64,000 nt of DNA from the human T2T-CHM13v2.0 reference genome, Homo sapiens. The stretch lies in NCBI RefSeq assembly GCF_009914755.1, contig NC_060925.1; one strand, 5' to 3'. The notes beneath the pieces were generated by a model. That model did not search any database. It was not told the origin of the DNA and saw only the letters and a list, made by a program, of their open reading frames with translations. Position numbers and translations under genes: made by a program. Of the stretch, positions 56,212 to 64,000 are shown one piece after another; the stretch's first letter is position 1; each line of letters starts with the position of its first letter.

Positions 56212-56334
56212 TTTTATAGAAATGGAGTCTTGCTATGTTGTCCAGGCTGGTCTCAAACTCTGGGCCTCTAGCAATCCTCCTGCCTCAGCCCACCAAAGTG
56301 TTGGGATTACAGGCATGAGCCACCGTATCTAGCC
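56212..56334 (-). mobile_element. Free left Alu monomer (FLAM_C-like)
   Basis: GGAGTCTTGCTATGTTGTCCAGGCTGGTCTCAAACTC...GGCATGAGCCACCG. Confidence 0.88.
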
Positions 56335-56852
56335 GCATTTAGTATTTTAAATTATAGATTACATATCTATTAAACTTATTTGGGTACATAAAAATCCTAT
56401 AATACTTATGGTACTATCAGTATTACACAAATGAAGAAACTAGCTAAAAGGTTTCAGTCAATCTTCCATAGTCATCTACATGATGAAGTGCAGAAGTGTG
56501 AATAAAGTTCAGGTTTTTGGACTCCTGCCGTTGTGCCTTTCCTATTCACTCTTAAAGGTACTATCATCCTGGAGTAAGAGTAATACATTTTTTTCAAATA
56601 ATAAGGAAATATTTTGCTGTCCTCTTTAAACAGGTTATTAAATATACTAAATTTTTCTCTGGTTATTTTGTATTTTTTCTTCAATATCGTACACTTAGCA
56701 GTTAAGACAGTGACCCCTCACTATAAGAATTCCATCCCTAGGGACTTCAAACAAACCATGTATTGAAATTGAGTGCTTGTTTTTCCTTTAAAAATTATAT
56801 TTGTTTTAAATTATCTGTGATGAAGAGGCTTCAATCATGACTGAATGAGTAG

Positions 56853-57170
<318 letters not shown>

Positions 57171-58639
57171 GCCTCGAGTTCTTAAGCAAGTGATACACAG
57201 ATATTTAAAAAATGGGGTATATGATTGCTGTGGTAGTGGACATATTCTATAAGCTTACCTATTGGCTTTATTTTAAAGTGCACAGCTATAGTGCTGTCAC
57301 TGAATTGCACATACATTTTTGATGGGATAATTTGAATCTTGGGATAAAGTGAGTTATGATGAATGTCATGCTTTTCTCTTGCTTAGAGGGTTGGATCACT
57401 TTTATTTTCTGTATTTCCCGAGTGTCATCCTTAAAATAGAATTCATCATTTTCTCCACCAATTTTCCCTACCCCCCCCCAACGTTATTCCAAGAGGAAAA
57501 GATGACAAAATGTAATCATTTGTCTTCTCAGAGTCTGAGGGTGTTAAAGAGCTCTGAGTGCTAAAACAGATGGAAATATGCTAAAAGCACATGGCCCTTA
57601 CACTTTATTCTTTAAAAAGCTCCAAAACTTAGTCTTAGTAATGGAATAGGCTTTGATTTCCTTGTGAAAGGCATATATAAATCTCTGCTTCTCCATATTC
57701 TGACTCACTGCTGTTGTCCCAGGGTTCAAAACATCCATTTTGGGTCAGTCATTGAGAAATGCTCAATAGACTCTCACTGGCACTTCTGAAAAATGCCATT
57801 TTTTAAATTGATAATAGAAATAAGATATATCAAGCTATAAGATGATTACTAAGGTTTATCAGAAGCTTCTGACTTTTGAAAAAATAAAGAGATGTCCTCA
57901 TCTGCCTTTACTCTTGGAATATGTTTCTACCATGATAATGGTAAATATATGTTTTCTATGAGTAATGACTCAGTATGTACTTATTTTAAAGTATAATTTT
58001 TCTTCCTTGGAAAATTAAATTTGCTGAAGTTAATGTTTGGCATTATGTTTTTGGCAAAATGAAGGTGATGGTTGCCAATCCTATATGAATGAAATTTGCT
58101 ATTTTAGGAGGAATTTTGTTAACTTCTAGAAACAGCAGTCAGGTCTTTAAATTCTATGCTTTAGATGGTGCACTCAAGTATTTAGAGCAATACCATTTTA
58201 CTGTTTAGCATTTGACATATTGAAATTTAAAACAGTGAAAATTAGATATTAGTCCTATGATTTTCTCTTCAAATTTAATGTCATAATATGCTTTAAATGA
58301 TTCATTTGTAATGACTTTATATCTTTTTATGTACTAAAACCATTGCAAGCATTCAGCGTGACCCTGAACTCCAGCATCGGCTATGTGGCTCCGTAAGTCC
58401 ACTCTCCTAGCCAAATTGGGAAAGATATGTCTAGAAGTTCAAATAAAACAGGAGACAAAGCTACAAAAGGTCAATAAATCCATTAGCAGATCATTATTAA
58501 TAAATAATACCAACAGACTAATATGTTTCTACAAAAGGAAAAATTATGCTGAATTTTATAGACACCAAAATTTATAAGGGAAGACCAAAAGTCATTAATT
58601 CATATAAAAGGCAAGTGAAGAAGAATATAAATTATACTA

Positions 58640-59015
58640 GATGTCAAAATGCCCGAGTTCTAGTCTATAATTCATGTCTATCCAACAAGGAAGTCTAGAT
58701 TATTTATTCAACCTGGGTCTCGGATCTACTCCCCTGAAATTAGTTTATTTTATAGGGTTATTGTAGAGGGTCAGATGATACAATCTCTGTTACAGTGCTT
58801 CGCACTTTCCTGTCTCCACCCAGAATTGATCATACCTGTGTGTCTCTGTCCCCTCCTCCCATACGTTGTATGTGAAATTTATTAAACCCATTCAATTTTA
58901 AATGTTTCTCTGTGCTGGTTGGACTGTGAGCTCCCAAAGGTCTGTCTCTGAATCATCTTGGTATCCTCAGTACCTGGCACGTAGAAGGTTTTTTAACAAA
59001 TGCACGTTTGAGGAA
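58640..59015 (+). mobile_element. Diverged MIR followed by an L2 3' end
   Basis: ATAGGGTTATTGTAGAGGGTCAGATGA (MIR); GGACTGTGAGCTCC...GTATCCTCAGTACCTGGCAC (L2). Confidence 0.6.
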
Positions 59016-59112
59016 CAAACTTTATTTTTACAATCATTACTACCACATGAAAATCTTCAAGCTGGTAGTTAGTTGTGAGGGTTATGTTTTAGACACCAGC
59101 CTTGAGCACTTT

Positions 59113-59542
<430 letters not shown>

Positions 59543-59603
59543 TAAGTTTGTGTCACGTTCACATCCTACCCACTGAGCCTTGTCTGTGCCATTCGCCCTG
59601 TAG

Positions 59604-60014
59604 TGAATGTGACCTTATTTGGAAGTAGGGGTTTTGTAGATGGAATTAAAGATGTTGAGATGAGATCATCCTGGATTTAGGATGGGACCTTAAATCCAAA
59701 GACAGTGTTATTATAAAAGAAAGGAGAGGAAGATTTGAGACCCAGAGGAGAACACAGAGGAGAAGGTGATGTGAAGATGGAAGCCTATAGTGATGCTGCT
59801 GGGAGCCAAGGAACACTAAGTGTTGCTGGCAGCCACCAAAAGCTCAGAGAATGTAGAACCAACTCTCCCTGAGAACTCCAGAAGAAACCACTACTGCCCA
59901 CTCTTTAATTTTGGACCTCTGGCCACCAGTGCTGGGAAAGGATACATTTCTGTTGTTTTAAGCCACCCAGTTTGTGGTAATTTGCTATGGCGGCCCTAGT
60001 AGAAAAATTCACAC
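59604..60014 (+). mobile_element. MLT1C-like MaLR LTR
   Basis: GAATGTGACCTTATTTGGAA, GAGATGAGATCATCCTGGATTTAGG, TTTCTGTTGTTTTAAGCCACCCAGTTTGTGGTAATTTG. Confidence 0.9.
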
Positions 60015-60480
60015 CCCCCCACTCTTTTACAGAAAATGTTACCGTGTGGGCCTTGGATCTGGGTTGTGGAGTGACCATCAAAGGGCCCAGGGAAGCAACC
60101 CAGAATTGTGGAGGTGTTTACACACTGTGGTGTGAACCTTAACCAACTGGAAACAGGAGGGAACCAGTTAAACAATTTCCCCTGCCTTCTTCCTCGGACT
60201 GTTCCATAGTATGATTTCCTCTTGCAGTCTTTCTGGGAAAGCCTCAGTGCCTACTGGCCACATCTGTCTAGCCAACTGCATTGTTTCTTCCCAGGTCATT
60301 GTGGAGTGGAAGCTAGTACATCACATCACATTACATGGCATTGTTTTGTGTTTTTATTTTGCCTCATTTTCTTTTTTCCTCACTGTCACCACCCTCAAAT
60401 TGCACCTTCCCAATAAAGTGTCAGTATTTTTTTTTAAATCCTTGCTTCAGGCTCTGGTTTACAGATGACTTGGCTAAAAA
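60015..60480 (+). mobile_element. ERVL LTR16-family LTR, probably interrupted upstream by the MLT1C
   Basis: GAACCTTAACCAACTGGAAACAGGAGGGAACC...TTGCACCTTCCCAATAAAG...AATCCTTGCTTCAGGCTCTG. Confidence 0.6.
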
Positions 60481-62138
60481 AGTGAATGGATTCAGTTCAA
60501 GAATTATAAAGAGGCTTTAATTTTTTCATTACATTCACTTCCTGCAAAATTTCTGGTGAAATAAAATAGTTTCCAGTGGAAAAGGGGCTGAGTTTCCAGC
60601 CTAGTATCAAATAGATCATTTATAGAAACAAGATTTCCTGTTGCATATACAAAAACTGTGTATCTTTCTAATCTCTTAAATAGTTCTAAGAAATGTTCAT
60701 AAATTCTCTGTGTTAATTGAGATAATGAATCACTAATTTTCTTTTGAAGAATTTCAAAATAAGTGTTTATGATAGTAAATTTTAGTTAAACATTTCACTG
60801 TTGCTGGCCTTTTTCTTTTTGTATCAAAAAGTGGTGCCTGGAACTTAACTGAGCTAGAGGAGAGAGCTGAGCTGCCAGGTGTTGAGCAGCAAATCAAAAC
60901 TACAAGCTGCAATTGACAGAGTAAAGACGTTAATTACATTATACATTATATGTTACTAGTAGAAGCAAGAAGTTAAAACCTGAGAAACGCTGACTCCCCC
61001 TGGTCCATTGTTCCCCATGGAATGACGCACAGTTGACAGGTAGATCCATACATACTTGGGGTTGTCTTATGGCTCAGAGAGCCTGAACGAAAGACTGGCA
61101 CTTTTATGGACCCTGAGGTCAGAGGCAGGATCAGGAAGAGGGGCTAGGAGTGGGAAAATACTGGGTAGTGAGTGAGAGTAGGGGAAAGCATCTTCAAGAT
61201 TTCCCCCTTCTCTCCTCTCCCACTGAGGAGGTCTCAGCAGAGCCACCTGAAGAGGATCTCTGCCCAAGGCCTCAGAGGAAGAGACCTAGGAATGAAGGCT
61301 CTGGGCCTAGGAATACACCCATTTTGAGAGCACGGCTGTGCAGTGAGGTCTGAGGTCTTGACTTCAGTTCCCATCAGAGACAGTGTGTCATGGGCTGTGC
61401 ACCAAACCTGGAGCCAGGAAGCAGCTTCCCTGTGCGGCCTGCCCAGCAAAGCCTGTGTGATTGACTGCGGGGAGGCCTGAGAAATCACACACAGGTTATT
61501 ATCCACGTGCTGGACTCGCCAATTTTTTTTTTGTTGTTGTTATTTTGTTTTGTTTTGTTGCTTGCCTGTATGAAGGAGACTCCAATACTCTGAGAGTAAC
61601 CAAATATTCAGCAGAAAACTTCCTGGCATTCCATGCATTTATTATGTGATGTCCAGTATTACTTCATAGGCAGATAGGACACAAGTGATTGCAAGCTTAT
61701 TAGCCTCAAAGAACAGGGAAGATAGCTTGTTACATATCTCTATTATTCTTCTAATAGCTTCATTTCTGGCCCATCCCGTCTTGTAGATAGCCCTGATTGT
61801 CCCTTTCTTGTCCTCAAGTATAGGTACTGAGAAGTTTTCTATCATGTATCTTAATTTAGTTATATAATGATTTCATTTTTCTTATAGATTTGGTGTTTGC
61901 GGTGACCTAATATTGTACATTCGGTGATTCCTCTTTCCTTCCTGTAGCCACACTCTAGAGGAAGCCCTCATTGCTGGAAGCTCCTGAAAATAATTAATAG
62001 AGTGATGTGCCATGTTCATTGTTAGCAAAAAGCAATGTCATCAAAAGAGCAATTCTGTTCCGATGTGGCAAACTTAACTGCCAAGACTAGACAAAATTTT
62101 TTAAAGAGCAGGTAACAACTTGCTTTTACAGATAACAA

Positions 62139-62470
62139 CTTTGCAGGGACATGAATGGAGCTAGAAGCCATTGTCCTCAGCAAACTAATGCAGGAACAGA
62201 AAACCAAACACCACATGTTCTCACTTATAAGTGGGAGCTGAACAATGAGAACACATAGACACAGGGAGGGGGACAACACCCACTAGGGCCTGTTGGGGGT
62301 GGGATGGAGGAGGGGGAGAGCAGTAAGAAAAATAGCTAATGCATGCTGGACTTAGTACCTAGGTGATGGGCTGATAGGTGCAGCACACCACCATGGCACA
62401 TGTTTATCTTTGTAACAGACCTGCATATCCTGCACGTGTACCCCAGAACTTAAAATTAAAATTAAGAAAA
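62139..62470 (+). mobile_element. L1PA (approximately PA13-16) 3' end
   Basis: CAGCAAACTAATGCAGGAACAGAAAACCAAACACCACATGTTCTCACTTATAAGTGGGAGC...GTACCCCAGAACTTAAA. Confidence 0.92.
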
Positions 62471-64000
62471 CTATAGTTATTAAGGCATGATGGTATTGGT
62501 ACTGAGTTATATACAGTAAACCAATGAAATAACAAAGAAAGATCAGTAATAGTCTCAGATAAAAAAGAAATCTTGATGTGTGACAAATTAGCATTTAAAA
62601 AGAACAGTTTTTTTAAATGGTGCTGGAAAAAAACTGGCTATGTATAAACACAATGAATAAAATTAGTCCATTTCCTCAAACCAACTTAACTATGAATCCC
62701 AAGTCTATTAAATACTAACTTTTAAAATATGAAAGTAATATAGGAGAAAATCTTTATGAACTCAGGGAAAGGAAGAAATACACCATAAGAAGAAAATACT
62801 GATCCATTTAACTTAATAAACGTAAGCATATTTGAAAAAAAAAAAAAAAAAAGGACTTGCGAAAGTAAAAAGCAAGTCAGAGACTGGGGAAATTTATCTG
62901 TAACACATATAACCAAACTAGATTGGCATTTAGAATAGATTGAAGCTTCCCAGAGAAAGACATCCCAAGAGAAAATTGGAAAGAAAAGAATAGGCATTTC
63001 ATATAAGTGATAGTTCATTCAAATGGCTACAAGAATGTAATGCAGCAGAGCCCTCAGGAAATGTTGGTGAGTAAGTAATTTTGTGTAACTAATTTGGAGG
63101 GTAGTTTAGCAATGTACAGTAAAGCAGTTTTACTCCTTGATATTGATATTTTAATGGCAACATTATAATAATTTTATAATAATGAAAGCCAGAAACAACT
63201 CAAATGACACTGGAAAAGAAGATAGGTAAACTGTGGCGCCTTATTACTGTGGAATCCTGTTCGCTGTGACACCAACTTGGATAAATGTATCTCCCAAAAG
63301 CATTTAGTAAAAATAAGTAAATAAAGTAAATAAAGAGGAATTTTCAGAGACACAATACGTTATTATACCAGTTCTGCACTGTTAAGGCATATGTAAGTAA
63401 TGCGTATTATTTCTGTATACACAGAGTTGTAGTAAATTTCAAAAAAAAAAATGCCTGAGAAAGGTAAATATAAAATTTAGGATAGTGTTTACTCTGAGGA
63501 GAGCAACTGAGAAAGAAATGGTATTAGGGAAGGTTTCAGTGGAATCTGTATTGTTTTATTTGAAAATAACTGAAACAAGAAAAAGTGCTAATATTTGAAG
63601 GGCTGAGTGTTGAGCATGGATTTTTAAATATTATATACATAGCATTATCATATATAATGACATTTCAGAGTATAAAAGAAAAAATAAAATTAAAATCAAC
63701 CATATAAAGATATTCAATCTTGTTTAAAAAGAGTAACTAAAGCACTGAGATGTTACTTTTACTTATAAAATTAGAAAAGCATTTAAAAAAATAACTAGCA
63801 AACTTACGTTGAAATATATTTCTCATAAACTTCATTGTAACTGCAAATTGGTAAAAATATTCTGGAAATTAATTTGGTAGTTCTTTTGCCTCATAACTTG
63901 TAAGTTAGTATTGTTTTTACTTCCATAACTCTGTTACAAGTAAATTATTAGAAACACACTTTAAGGAGTATCAGCATGTACTATAGTAACACATACATCA
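62471..64000 (+). mobile_element. Old L1M (L1MD/ME) ORF2 3' end and 3' UTR remnants
   Basis: TGGTATTGG, AAATGGTGCTGGAAAA, AGACTGGGGAAATTTATCTG, TTGGAGGGTAGTTTAGCAAT in L1 order; heavily decayed. Confidence 0.7.

Overview
Human/great-ape non-coding genomic DNA: AT-rich, CpG-poor, and carrying AluJ/S/Y, L1PA/PB/MA/ME, L2, MIR, MaLR/ERVL/ERV1 LTRs and Tigger/MER63/MADE1 DNA transposons. I cannot support any protein-coding exon, RNA gene, CpG island or gene name. All long ORFs come from one ~1.3-kb polypyrimidine tandem repeat (608-1928) or from Alu/L1 sequence. The apparent T-rich + strand and mostly antisense L1s suggest a large intron of a + strand gene, but this is inference. The most interesting structures are: (1) a patterned CCCT/CCTT/CCTG VNTR that forms a 1.3-kb AG-free zone ending exactly at a 3' splice site of an in-frame 183-nt pseudo-exon; (2) a ~320-bp L1PA insertion in MER63A with a twin-priming inversion, an apparent 12-nt 3' transduction, and newly created acceptor and donor sites; (3) a five-element nested transposon stack (LTR16 > MER21 > Tigger3b > AluSp and MER66) with readable target-site duplications (TSDs); (4) an internally deleted MADE1 that keeps a near-intact SETMAR-type site. 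None of this establishes a new biological system; the splicing ideas are testable hypotheses. Repeat subfamily names come from recalled consensus sequences, not a database search, and boundaries of old repeats are approximate.
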